Source: Eledone cirrhosa (taxonomy: Eukaryota). Taken from it: a DNA stretch of 64,000 nt. The translations under genes were made by a program, and so were the position numbers. The stretch lies in assembly GCA_964016885.1 (NCBI GenBank), contig OZ024740.1:123132001-123196000 (forward strand). The letters run 5' to 3'. Under the pieces are notes generated by a model. The model did not search any database, had not been told where the DNA came from, and saw only the letters and a list, made by a program, of their open reading frames with translations. Below, one piece after another: positions 39,093 to 51,200 of this stretch (the first letter of the stretch is position 1; each line of letters opens with the position of its first letter).

Positions 39093-39718
39093 CATATATA
39101 TAAATATATATATTTTATTTCATAAATATATCCTTCATAGTTGCACAAACAACATTACAAATCGTTTGCAACTCCTTCAGAATGAAAATATAAACAGAGC
39201 ATATAAATTATTTTACAGTAGAATAACATAACAAATATGTTTTAAATATATACATAAATAACATTACAAATGCCTCGGTAACTCTACAAAGGATGATACA
39301 ATAAAAGATATATTCCTTCAATGCTACAATATTAAAGAAAATGTAAATGGAAGGGGTGAACAACAGAGCCAGCACCAGAGCAAAAGACAGCAACGTCGCG
39401 AGTACTGGGCAACCTCTCTAATGATTTTTGAGGCAAGCCAGCACACTCGCAGTGTTGCCTCTGGTGATGGCGAGGCTGATGCGCTGAAACAGCCAAGCAC
39501 CTTCGCGAGATTCACCAGTCACCTCTATTAGGCGAGCCGCCAGTGAGGAAAGGAACCTCGCAGCCAGCGGCCCGACTACCCCAAACATCTCGAAAGACAC
39601 AGGCTGAAAAATGTAGCTGGCCGACAGATCAGAGTATTTGAGGGTCTAACTCCGCTCGGCTGCAGAAGCTGTGGCTCTCGTCCTATCCGCAGCATCCAGG
39701 ATATGGGAAAGAGCAAAA
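39093..39718 (-). mobile_element. CRE-like non-LTR retrotransposon 3' fragment (restriction-like endonuclease C-terminus) nested in the hAT
   Basis: Minus strand reads AAERS*TLKYSDLSASYIFQPVSFEMFG...WLFQRISLAITRGNTASV. It splits the transposase sequence DFYKKYI|LPSGKY at a tatata site. Confidence 0.75.
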
Positions 39719-40415
39719 GATATATATTGCCAAGCGGAAAATATAAAAACATCTTGACTAATGCGAAACTGATGATATCATTATTTGGAAGTACATATGC
39801 TTGTAAACAACTCTTTTCTAAAATGAAATATACTAAAAGTCATTTAAGAACAAGGTTGCGTGACGACCACCTGGATGATGTTTTTCTCCTCTCATCGACA
39901 AATATTTCACCTGATGTGGAGAAGTTATCGCACAATAGGCAGAAACAAGTGTCTCATTAAATTATTTACCATTTCTAACTGTATTTCGTTTGTAGCAAGG
40001 AATTTGCGTTTTTTTTTTTGTTGATTGTGATAGTAGTTGTTTTTCTGTTATTCCTGCAGTAAAATAAGGAATTTGCTTTATTTTTTTTTTAATGTGTTTG
40101 TAGATTTTTTTTTTTTTTTGTTATTCCTGCAATAAAATAGGGGGCTTTGTTAAAATAAAACTATATTAAATTCCTTGATTTGCTTTAAACCTCCAGAAAA
40201 TTTATTTACATATTTAATAACATGGCCCTCCTCCATGCCACTGCATAGCTGTTTGGCCCTCTCTCTCCAAAAGGTTGCCGACCCCTGGACTAAGACATTG
40301 TGTCTAGTCTAGAAGGACAGTAGGAATGGCCAGAGGAAGATTTGAAATTAAGACCAGTTAGTAAGTTATTCCATCTTACAAAATGGTAAATAAATTCAAT
40401 TTAATCTCGAAATTA

Positions 40416-41087
40416 CCGTATATATTCGAATATCAGCCAAGGAATATGTGACCAAAAAATTGATGCTAAAATAGGTGTTGGCGTATGTTCTGGGTCAATA
40501 ATTTGATGATGTTCACCAACTTCAAATTCTATGTAAATAAAGTGCTAAAATATCTGGAACAAGGAAACACTGTTTTTCTACATATAATTTATTTTCATGA
40601 GTTTTATTCATGCATTACCCAACAAATTTTAATTATTTGAAATGTTAATACATAAATAATCCCTAAACATACACATATACGCATGCACATACACACTCAT
40701 TCACATGCACAGCAACTGTTTATCTCTTATTTATTTACACTTTTCCTTTCAATCTTGTTTTGTTTTATTTCACTCTTTCTCTCTCTCCCCCTCTCTCCTT
40801 TTTCTCACTCTTGCCTTCTCTTCTTTCTTCATTCTGTCTCTTCTCTCTCTTGCTTGCAGTCCTTTCTTCCCCTTCTGCTCTAAGCAACACTTAAAACGTT
40901 TTAAATATCAACATATTAAAACTTCATAAATACTCTCTCCACACATGAAAATTTTAAAACCACACCATCAAGTGTAGATTAGCTGCCTCGGCTTTATAAG
41001 CAGGGTTTGGACATTTTCCCATTTCCAGACATAACATATCAGGGTTAGCTTATATTCAAATCAACGTATATTCAAGTATATATATGG
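40416..41087. mobile_element. Tc1/mariner-superfamily (pogo/Tc2-like) MITE, diverged
   Basis: TA-CCGTATATATTCGAATAT ... TATATTCAAGTATATATGG-TA. Confidence 0.55.
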
Positions 41088-41385
41088 TATATTTGATTAT
41101 TCATGAGAATTTTGTTTGGAACTGTTCGGCAGGTGGAACAAGTATTCTTAAAATGTGGTTTATATAATAAGATATATACTACTTTTGAGACTTCAATGTG
41201 GTCTCAACATTCTTCAACATATCTGCAATATCTAAACCTATAACCGATTAAACAATTTTCAGTTGACTGTGTGGATCTGTAACCTATCTTTTATATAAGG
41301 TTAATTTATTCTTTCAGTTAATGACTCCAACAAATATATTTTGTTTTTGAAAAATTATATATATATATATATAATTTTTCAAAAA

Positions 41386-41434
<49 letters not shown>

Positions 41435-41529
41435 CACACACACAAACATATATGTATTAAGAATGAGAAATCGAAGTTTTAGTTTCAAATATTTTGTTTG
41501 TTATATACACATATATATATATATATATA

Positions 41530-41567
<38 letters not shown>

Positions 41568-41703
41568 GGAAAAATTTGAATAGGGACAAAACAGAGATGC
41601 AGTACAACGAATATATATATATAGTAATAATAATAAATTTGAAGACTAAAATCTAAAGAGGGCTCGATAAGGATAAATATATATCAAATATATATATATA
41701 TAT

Positions 41704-42241
41704 ATAAAACATTAAAAAAAATAATGAATAAAACAATGAAACAGTTCCTTATATTAAACAAAAAAAGTTCATTATTTAACGATCGTTTCTAGGACATATA
41801 TGTGTTAGAATTGGCATGCATATTCAAAAGATCTATGTACAAAATTATACAAACTATCAAAGAGAATATACATACCAACACATATATATGCTGTCTTCAG
41901 AAATAATCTTATTTCTGAAGACAGCATATATATGTGTTGGTATGTATATTCTCTTTGATAGTTTGTATAAATTTGTACATAGATCTTTTGAATATACATG
42001 CCAATTCTAACACATATATGTCCTAGAAACGATCGTTAAATAATGAACTTTTTTTGTTTAATATAAGGAACTGTTTCATTGTTTTATTCATTATTTTTTT
42101 AATGTTTTATCTTGACTCTGTATTCCGTTTATCTTTCACCGAAAGGGATTTTTGAATGCATCTCTTCTTTCCATGATATCCGGATTACATTGAGTTCTTC
42201 ATACGGATTGGACACTACCGTAAACTTTTGGTAGATTTATC

Positions 42242-42246
<5 letters not shown>
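41704..42246. mobile_element. Fold-back non-coding element: 407-bp palindrome (41704-42110) plus a unique 3' tail, embedded in (TA)n
   Basis: Arms of about 203 bp, a 2-nt loop at 41907-41908, two mismatches and one indel. A related fragment lies at about 56126-56205. Confidence 0.9.
41909..42043 (+). ncRNA. Type-I hammerhead ribozyme motif with a 104-nt stem II region (mirror copy at 41772-41906 minus)
   Basis: ttattt-CTGAAGA-[long hairpin]-GAAAC-gatc-GTT-aaataa: 6-bp stem I and palindromic stem III AACGATCGTT. Confidence 0.7.
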
Positions 42247-42279
<33 letters not shown>

Positions 42280-42281
42280 TG

Positions 42282-42731
42282 AAGGCACATGGCTTAGTGG
42301 TTAGAGCATTGGACTTGCAATCGAAAGTTCAATTCTCAGACCAAGTGATGTGTTGTTTCCTTGAGAAAGACACTTTATTTCACATTGCTCCAGTTTACTC
42401 AGATGTAGAAATGATGTGATAGGACTGGGGTCCCTATCATTCCACTGCAAAGTGGTCGTGGAGGTGCCACGGCAAAAAAACACACAGCCCATATTGTAAA
42501 GTGGACGTGTAGGGGCCATGGCAAAAAAGCACCCACCACTCACTGTAAATGAGGTTGGTATTAGGAAGGGCATCCACCTGTAGAAATCAAGCCAGAATCA
42601 GTTCCCGTATGAGCAAGACAATGTCAGCCAACTGGACACTGCTCACAACAGTACAACCCGTCTAACCCATGCTAGCGTGGAAGAACAAACGTAAAACAGT
42701 GATGATGATGTTGATGATGATGATAATGATA
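42282..42731 (+). mobile_element. SINE family 2: tRNA head, central block and RTE-derived 3' tail
   Basis: A-box tggcttagtgg, B-box gttcaattc, ccttgagaaagacactt, then ggttggtattaggaagggcatcc...(gat)n; it follows (TA)n. Confidence 0.85.
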
Positions 42732-43837
42732 GGTTACCAGTTAAGAATAGCACGAATATTAATCAACTTAGTACTCTATACTTGAGAATAATAAAGTGCA
42801 CCTATCAGGAAAACAAGTGAATGAATAACCATAGGGCAAAAAAATGTTTATATTCATATATATATATATATAAGCACCCAGCACTCACTGTAAATGAGGT
42901 TGGTGTTAGGAAGGACATCCAGCTGTAGAAATCAAGCCAGAATCAGTTCCCATATGAACAAGACAAGGTCAGCCGACCGGACACTGCCCACAACAGGACA
43001 ACCAGTCTAACCCATGCTAGCATGGAAAAACGGACGTAAAACGGTGATGATAATGATGATATATGTGTGTGTGTGTAAAGAGAGAGAGAGAGAGATAGGT
43101 AAAACCCTGACTGCAGAACCAAGAGGTTTTGACTTGTGGTAGAACTACTTAACACTGCAGTCAGGATTTTACTTATCTCTATACTTACTCTGCACCTACC
43201 CATGCATTGAGTAGTTTCCTTGGTCACAGCACTCCAATTTATTATAAATTGGAGTGAAAGCAACTGGTTCGTGTGTTTCTTATTGGCAGGCAACATGACC
43301 CTCCCAAATCATAACAATATCGGTTTCAACACACGTTTTCAGATAAAGAATCTTGCTAAACAAATTCAGAAACGAAATATATATATATATATAGTAATAA
43401 TAATCAATTTGAAGACTAAACTCCAAAGAGGGCTTGATAAGGATAAATATATATCAGATATATAAGAACCGTCAACATCATCATCATCACCATTTTACGT
43501 CGGTTCTTCCACGCTAGCATGGGTTAGACGGATATATATATATTATTCTTTATTCTATAACTATTATGCAATATACACCTGATGGTGTCACCAGGATCTT
43601 ACATAACTTGGCCACTGAAATGCACATAGTGTTTGCTGAAATATATCTTTGAAGGAATTTCACCAGTCCAGCCTTCTGTCATTTTACTCAATGATAATTA
43701 TATATATATATATATATATCATCATCATCATCATTATTTAATGTCCATCTTCCACTCTAGCATGGGTAGGGTGGGGTGACCCTTAGGGAGAGAATCAGGT
43801 CAGAACACTATGCTTAACTCATGAAAGATGTGTATAT

Positions 43838-45309
43838 ATCATAATCACCATCATCGTTTAACGTCTATCTTCCAAGCTACCATGGGTTAGACGGGAATTG
43901 TCCCACTTAAGGCAAGATTGGTCGGGTGACCGCGTCTCGCTTGTATAGGACTATCTGGCAGGTTTTCTATGGCTGGATGCCCTTCCTAACACCAACCACG
44001 TTTACAGTGTGGACTGGGAGGTTTTTACCGTGTTACCTACACGGCCACATTAGAGCGTGGACTGTGTGTTGTTTTGTCATGACACCTACACGATTTTGAT
44101 CTCGATCTCATTATCTCATTAATTTTGACTGGATGTTGTGGTACCAACATAACTTTACAGAGAAAGGGTGGTGTTGGTGAGAGTGGGAGGATGGAGTAGG
44201 GGTAGTGGGTTGAGGTGTATATTTGGTTAAAAGGTGCCTACTGACAAAAGGTTTCACTTTGTACATAGGCATGGCGGGTCTTCTGTATTACTGTGTGGCG
44301 CCAAAGATTTCAGTCCAGTGACATTGTCTTAGAGAGGTGCAAGTGTGTAAGGTCGGAATTTATCAAATCATCCCAGGTTTTTCTGGGTCCATCTACTCCG
44401 TAACTTTCATCAATTTTGATTGACTGCACTTCTTTATACAGCTGTCATCTTTAATGCGCATCGTGTGACCATGCCAATGTAGTCTTCTCTCAAGTAAACA
44501 GCATCTGATCCCTCTTATTCCTAATTTCTCACTTAGTTCATTTATGTTTTGCTGTTCGCGTATATTACTATTACAAATCCAATGAAGCATACATGCTTCG
44601 TTCCTTTCCAGTCTGCGCAGGTCCTCTGCACACAATGCCCATGTCTCACTGCCATGTAACATTGCTGTTCGTATACAGGCATCATACAATCTGCTTTTCA
44701 TTTTTAGAGAGAAACCTTTTGTGGCCAACAGTGGTATAAGTTCTCTGAACTTTTTCCATCCCATTCTGACTCTGGCTACTGTACTTTCAGAGCACCCTCC
44801 ACCACTGCTGATTTTGTCACGCAGGTAACGGAAAGTGTCTACTATTTCTATAGACCCATCCAGGCAATAGAAGGAGCTAGTATCCTGTGGGAACTTGCTA
44901 CTTACAGCACCTGAGCAATGGCCACATATACAATCTACGTTCTTAGATAGCTTACCTGTGATCCCACTACATCTTTTATGTACCCATAGTTTGCATTTGG
45001 GACATAAAATGGAATTTCTACCTATTCCTTTGCTACACACTGAGCATGGCCATTTCAAAGAGTGCACCTGTGCCCTATTTTCCTTTCTACATACTAGAAC
45101 TTTAGTCTTAGACAAGTTAACTTTAATGCCTTTTGATTCTAGGCCATGCTTCCATGTTTGGAATTTCTTCTCTAGTTCAGCCATAGATTCAGCTATGAGA
45201 GTTAGATCATCTGCGTATAGGAGTTCCCATGGGCAGCCGGTCTTAATCTCCTCTGTTATAGTCTGAAGGGCAATAATAAATAAGAGGGGGGCTAACAACA
45301 GAGCCTTGA
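43838..45309 (-). mobile_element. 5'-truncated copy of the PHD-bearing RTE, flanked by TA repeats
   Basis: Motifs LLYADD, WPCSVC..CPKC..VHKRC..CGHC and GSETW; 3' UTR with (GAT)-like tail; the 5' end abuts (TA)n at 45310-45362. Confidence 0.92.
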
Positions 45310-45318
45310 TATATATGC

Positions 45319-45367
<49 letters not shown>

Positions 45368-45648
45368 TCTCATGAGGACAAGCTGAAGCACACATTTAGT
45401 GAAACCTCCTACCCACATTGTAAAGTGGTTGTGACGGTGACACAACAAAAAGACACCCAGCCCACACTGTAAAGGACATGCGTGATAGGAGCAAGAGACA
45501 GTAATAGTAGAAAGTGTGATGGAGTGATAGCTGCATGAAAGTTAGTAAGCTGAGGGTTATAAAAAAGAAAATTACTAGAGAGAATGAATGCCATGGAAGA
45601 TCAATTAATAAAAGAAAACCAATGATCAGAATGATTAATATCATAGGA

Positions 45649-45664
45649 TAGAGAGAGAGAGAGA

Positions 45665-45722
<58 letters not shown>
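45649..45722. repeat. (GA)n microsatellite
   Basis: Seen directly. Confidence 0.97.
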
Positions 45723-45726
<4 letters not shown>

Positions 45727-46039
45727 ATATGATAATTCTTGTTTAGGAGATCAAATAAAAAGAACATGGGCAATGTGACTGGGGAATAGGGAGTAATTAT
45801 TAGAGGGACAGAGGAGTGAAAGGAGAGAAATGGGCGGGAAAGAGAAAGAGAGTAATTGATGTCAACAATTAGTGGTAAATGAGGGCATAAATGTGAGATA
45901 CAGCAATGGGAATCAGTGAAGAAGAGTGATGGTAAGAGAGTGGGAGGAAGTAATTTATGTTCAGGGTGATGTTGTGTGTAATTGCTCACAATAAAGAAAG
46001 GTAATTGTCATGTTGGCTTGAATATAGACAGATCCCTCA

Positions 46040-47979
46040 TTGCATAGCAGAGTGCTTTCTTGTCATCAACCACCCTTATGGAGTGTACTGAATGCATATT
46101 CATGTCACCATCACTAGAGGGGTTGTTGGTCAATAGAACAACTGTAGACCCCTCTCAGATCTGAGAACTGGGGACAATAAGAGAGGGGAATAGGTAGAGG
46201 GTAAGGGAGGAGGAACGGGGGTCAAGGTAGCTGTTTAGTCTATAGGAAGGGGGATGTAGTGGTGTGGGTGAATGTGGTTGACAGAAAGGGTTGTTATGTT
46301 TTAGAGATAGGTAACAAGAGTAGTGAAAGGGTAAGAGTTGGTAGTGGAGGAGGAAAAAGGAGTAAAGAGAATACCTTCTAGGATGTAGTGTTGATGATAT
46401 ATAAGGTCTTTACAAAGGGCATACTAGCTAAGGAGTGGTTCTGGAGGTGGCATGAGTAGTGGGTGAGGATAGATGGTGGGAAGTGCTACTTTGAATGAGT
46501 CGGAGGGTTAATAGATGGGTCATGTCATATTGTATGTATGCTTGTAACCTGGTCTCCATCATGATAGCATAGTGGCAGCACACTCGATAATTTGTCATCT
46601 CAGTTGTGAGGCTTAGTTTCTGATGGTTACTCTTCACTACCTCATTCCACATCTTCCTGGCTCTGCTTATTTTAGGTTCCAGCCACTAGGGTTTCTCTGC
46701 ATTTCTTTATGCAGCTGCTATCCTCCATATGCATTACATATTAATACCAGCACAGTCTTCTCTCATGCACATTGCATCCAATTCCTCTTATGCCAAGTTT
46801 TCCTCTCAGTTCACTTATGCCATGTTGTTCATGTACCATGACATTACACATCCATTGGAGTATACTCACTGCATTTCTCTCCCCTCTTTGCAGGTCTTCT
46901 GCAGTTAAGCCCCATATTTCACTGTCATGTAGCATGCAGTTCACACACAGGCATTATACGAGAACCCCTTCACATTAAACGAGAAGCCCTTTGTTGCCAG
47001 CTGATGTATCAGCTCTATAAACTTCTTCCAGCCTGTTCTGATTCTGGCTACCACACTCTCAGTGCATCCTGACTCACTGCTAATTTCATTGCCTAATTAA
47101 CAAAGGCTATTGACAACTGCTAATAGGCCTCCTTGGCAACTGAAGGAATCTAATTCACTTAAGTTAGTTGTGCTTATGTCTTCTGTGCATCTGCCACATA
47201 CAAAGTCTATCTTTTCCAATAATTTGCCTGCAATCCCACTACATCTCTTGTGTGCACATAGATTGGTCTGTGTGCACCTTTTAGAAATGCTATCCAATCC
47301 TTTCTGACATATCAAACAAGGCCATTTCACTGATGGTATCATCCTTCTCTCCTCTTTTCTACTTATGAACACTTTCATCTTTGTGAAGTTTAGTTTTAGG
47401 CCTTTCAACTCTAGGTTTTTCTTCCATGTTTGAAAGTTTGGCTCTAACTCTCCTACGGATTCAGGTATGAGTACTAGGTCATCAGCCTATCAGTTCCAAT
47501 GGTGTGCCAGTTTTAAAATCCTGATTAATGGCCTGGATGATATCGATAAACAGGAGTAGACTGAGAACTGAGAAATGGCTGACGCCCACCTGCTCTGCAC
47601 CCAATACGTACTATCACACCGCTGGTTGCTGTTTTATAAATGACTGGCATGGCCCTCAGAAGCCATTCATCTACACCTAGCTTCCTAAGTGCTCAACAAA
47701 TTACAGAGTGAGTGACCCTGCCAAAGGCCTTCTCCATATCTACAAAATCCAGATACAGTGGCTTACTCTTAGATAATTACCTCTCCTGCCACTGTCATGC
47801 TAAAAGGAGAACATCAATAGTACTTCTGCCTTGTATAAATCCAAACTGCATCTCATCTAATTTGATTCTTTCACTAATTTGTTATGCTATAACCCTTTCA
47901 GCAACTTTCATGACTTCATCCATCAACTTGATAGCTCTGTAGTTACTTCTCTGTAAGGCATTCTTTGCCCTTATAGCAT
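46040..47979 (-). mobile_element. Older, decayed copy of the PHD-bearing RTE
   Basis: Peptides WPCLICQKG..AHKRCSG..FVCGRC, MLHDSEIW and ERRLCWY; the 5' end lies near the CYKGK motif. Confidence 0.8.
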
Positions 47980-47982
47980 ATA

Positions 47983-48121
47983 TATTAAAATAACAGATTA
48001 AAGTTTAAGCCAATAATCTCTGCTTTCACCCTTAACGGGATCTTATTATTATTACCCAGAAGATCCCGTTAAGGGTGTAAGCAGCGATTCTTTGCTTAAA
48101 CTTTAATCTGTTATTTTAATA
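47983..48121. mobile_element. Fold-back element family X (hairpin with arms of about 62 bp)
   Basis: tattaaaataacagattaaagtttaagc...gggatctt paired with aagatccc...gcttaaactttaatctgttattttaata. Same family at 58393-58621, 56019-56077, 41623-41690 and 43393-43470. Confidence 0.85.
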
Positions 48122-48134
48122 AATAAATATATAT

Positions 48135-48472
48135 GGAGGCACATGGCTTAGTGGTTAGAGCATTGGCCTTGCAATCGAAAGGTTGTGAGTTCAATTCTCA
48201 GACCGGGTGATGTGTTGTTTCCTTGAGCAAGACACTTTATTTCACATTGCTCCAGTTTACTCAGCTGTAGAAATGAGATGATAGGGACTGGGGTCCCTAT
48301 CATTCCACTGCAAAGTGGTCGTGGAGGTGCCACGGCAAAAAAGCACCCAGCACTCACTGTAAATGAGGTTGGTGTTAGGAAGGGCATCCAGCTGTAAAAA
48401 TCAAGCCAGCATCAGTTCCCGTCCCACCCTTGCAAGCAGGGAAAAAGCGGACGTAAAATGAAATGATGATGA
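48135..48472 (+). mobile_element. SINE family 2 full-length copy
   Basis: ggaggcacatggcttagtggttagagc...cttgcaa...gagttcaattctc...ccttgagcaagacactt...RTE-like tail ggacgtaaaatgaaat(gat)n. Confidence 0.88.
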
Positions 48473-49689
48473 TACACTCACACGTGATTATGTATGCATG
48501 TGCATATGTATATCAGTTTACAATATAAGTCTTGATATTGACAACATTTAAAGCAGCTCTTGACATTTGTTTATGTCCCACATATACAGTATCCCTTGCA
48601 TCATACAATTCAATAGTGTGTAGAGATACATGCTATACTTATAACTAAAGTATGGATTGGCATCAGGAAGGACATCAATCTGTAGAAAAACTACCTCAAA
48701 ACATCTCATCCAACCAATGCCACCATAAAAAAGTAGATATAAGCATGGTGATATTGATGTTGATGATGATGATGATATAGTGTTAGAGGATTATTTGAAA
48801 TTTGAAAAGATAAATTACACAGCCTATGAGAAACTACAATAAATGTCTTAAATAATGATTTAGACTTCTATAAGCTACTTAAGGTTTTTAAAGAGGAAAA
48901 ATATATCTAGTTTATCTTCTAACTATTTAAAATCTGATTTTTGTTACTTTTGCTGATATTGTAATTTGATGGATTCAAGATTATCATTGTTCTTTTTTAT
49001 TATTATTATTATTATTTTTTTTTTTTGAAAGGGGCCAAATGCTGATAAAATTGTAAGTTTATTTTCTCTTTAACATGAAGCACACAAATATATGCAAGAA
49101 TCTGTTTTGTAAATTTGGCGTCCAAAATTTCTTTTGAATTAAGCTCTTTATCAGATAGATACTCATTCAATAATCAATACTTCAAGATTCAGACAGAACC
49201 TCCAGAGAATATAGAGCAATCCTATTAGTAACACAAGATTAGACTGTAGCGGAATCCTGATTGTTGCTGCAATACTGTTAAAGATAACAAGAACATGAGA
49301 GGATTTTCATAAACTTGTTTCATATCTGTAGGTAATCTTTTATAACACAGGTTTATTTGTTTATTGTTTGTTTCTTTTTGTTTGTATTTTTGTTGCTGTT
49401 GTTTTTTACAGATTATTTCTGCAACACTCACATATTTATCTAGATGATAATTTTGGTTTCTTAAATGATATAGCTGATGTTGAATTGGATTCACAGGTGG
49501 ACTGTGATATTCATGATAAAACTGTTGAAAATATTTTGCAGGTTTCATATATCTATCTATGATGCCATAGTTTTATATAATTAGATGAACATTCTGAGCT
49601 TTTGGCTCATTAGTGGTGATTCATATCAAGATTTAGATTTTGTTTTCATTTGATATTTTATTTTATGGAATTATTAATATTATTGTAGA

Positions 49690-51200
49690 CCCGACTTTAT
49701 CGGAGCCCTATTCAATAGAGATCTGTCAAAAGCATTCAACAGAGTAGATCATCACTACCTGGCGTCTTTCATAGGAGCAGTTGGTTTCAGCCCCATTTTC
49801 AGAAGCTGGATTGCCATGTTCTTTTTGGTGATCAAATTGAACAGCCACTAACCCAAACCTTTCCATACCAAATGCTTGGTCTATCAGATATGAACTTCTC
49901 CCCTCTTGCCTATTTGTTGGCATTGGTACCTCTGTACCTCTATTGTGGAAATTGGAAATCTTAAGAGGAATTTCACTTGAATCTGGTCAAAGGAGATTCA
50001 TATTTATAATGCAGATCAAGAAGCAGTTGGCACCATATTATTAAATTACCAATAGGTTACTGGAGCTTGAATTAACTAGGACAAGCCAGTAGGCTTGAAA
50101 CTTGGTGTGTAGAGAGGTACAACCATTGTGGCCCCAGTGGAAATCTCTGATGCTGGACTGACAGTTTGGTCAAATTACTTGGAGTCTGGTTTGGACTGGA
50201 CCTCCAGTTAGAGAAGAGCAGAGGAGGGGATCATTAACAAAATAATCAATCTCACTCTGAATTGGACTGAGAGAAATTTATCCTTCAGAGATTGGGCAAA
50301 AGTGGCAAATGCCTTCATTACTTTGGTGGTATACTACTCTCTTATTGTTGTACCAAGCTCCAAAAAGTACTGATCAAAATAGAATGTGTGCTTTTTCACT
50401 TTTTGGGAAGGAATAAGTCTCACTGGTCAGAAAATCCATATGCTACTAACATCTATTCCATGATGGCATCAGAATTCTGTTGCTATTGATGCACAGCCAA
50501 ATTCTATGGCTGAGGCACCTATAGATATACCTCACATGCCACAGCAACAATAAATATAAAATTGAAGCCCAACCAGTGTGGCAACTTGCATGTGATATGT
50601 GTTTCTGCAGCTTAGCTCCTTAACAGAAATACAGTCCAAGGTCAAGTGTAGTCAAAGATTGGGCACTTAAAGTGTTGCCAGACCTTTACCAGCTAAACAA
50701 TAAAGCAGGTGGCCAGAAAACAACACTTACATTCTATTGAGCATTTGAAGAAGGTATGAATGATGATAGCCTGGGAGTGGCTCTGGGCATTGATGAGGAC
50801 AGTCTGAACAGGCGCCTCTGGTTTTTAGATGGGGGATTATGGACAATTTCCAAACACTCCTGTGCTAGAGAAGGTCACTACCAGTTCAAGAGACAAACTC
50901 TATAAGCACAGATGTTTGAACAGCCACACCTGTCCAAGATGCACACAGGCCAATGAAAGACTCTTGCACACTATCATCCAGTTCACATGCATTGTTGAGT
51001 TGTGGGCTTGTCTCAAACAAATGCTATCATCTGTAGGACAGATCTGGATATAAGCTAGGTTTATCGTAAAAATTGAACCATTAAATTATTTTAGAAGAGA
51101 AGCATGCCAAGCCACTTCTAATTAGTTCCTATGGCAAAATAAGCCCTCATTTCCACCTTCCTGGTGGTCAGTAATTATAGAGATGTAATACAAGTGTTAG
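49690..51200 (+). mobile_element. Old, decayed Tx1-clade ORF2 fragment
   Basis: Peptides GALFNRDLSKAFNRVDHHYLA, LLGVWFGLDL and RDKLYKHR..HTCPRC correspond to copies A and B. Confidence 0.75.

Larger units (their letters stand above)
37572..39960 (+). pseudogene. hAT transposase pseudogene
   Basis: Motifs MEAKKRKVDLECRTF, YYSIAIDETTD, ITDGAPAMVG, HCIIHQE, LAFLVDIT, FGSTYACKQLFSKM (catalytic Glu appears as Lys). Frameshifts, no RW motif found, and two nested insertions. Confidence 0.92.
36701..40287 (+). mobile_element. hAT DNA transposon (Charlie/Buster/SPIN-like group) with both termini intact
   Basis: TIRs caggggtcggcaacc (36701-36715) and ggttgccgacccctg (40273-40287); 8-bp TSD gactaaga at 36693-36700 and 40288-40295. 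Confidence 0.96.

Noticed and set aside
41805-42010. Two nearly identical 64-aa ORFs on opposite strands
   Set aside because: This is a trivial result of the palindrome; the peptide is low-complexity with no coding evidence.
45396-45989. 197-aa hydrophobic minus-strand ORF
   Set aside because: It is built from (GA)n and purine-rich low-complexity DNA plus an RTE-tail fragment.
48135-48210. tRNA-like sequence with A and B boxes (also at 42282, 15308, 18844)
   Set aside because: These are SINE heads that continue into SINE body and LINE-derived tail; no convincing acceptor stem or terminator is present.
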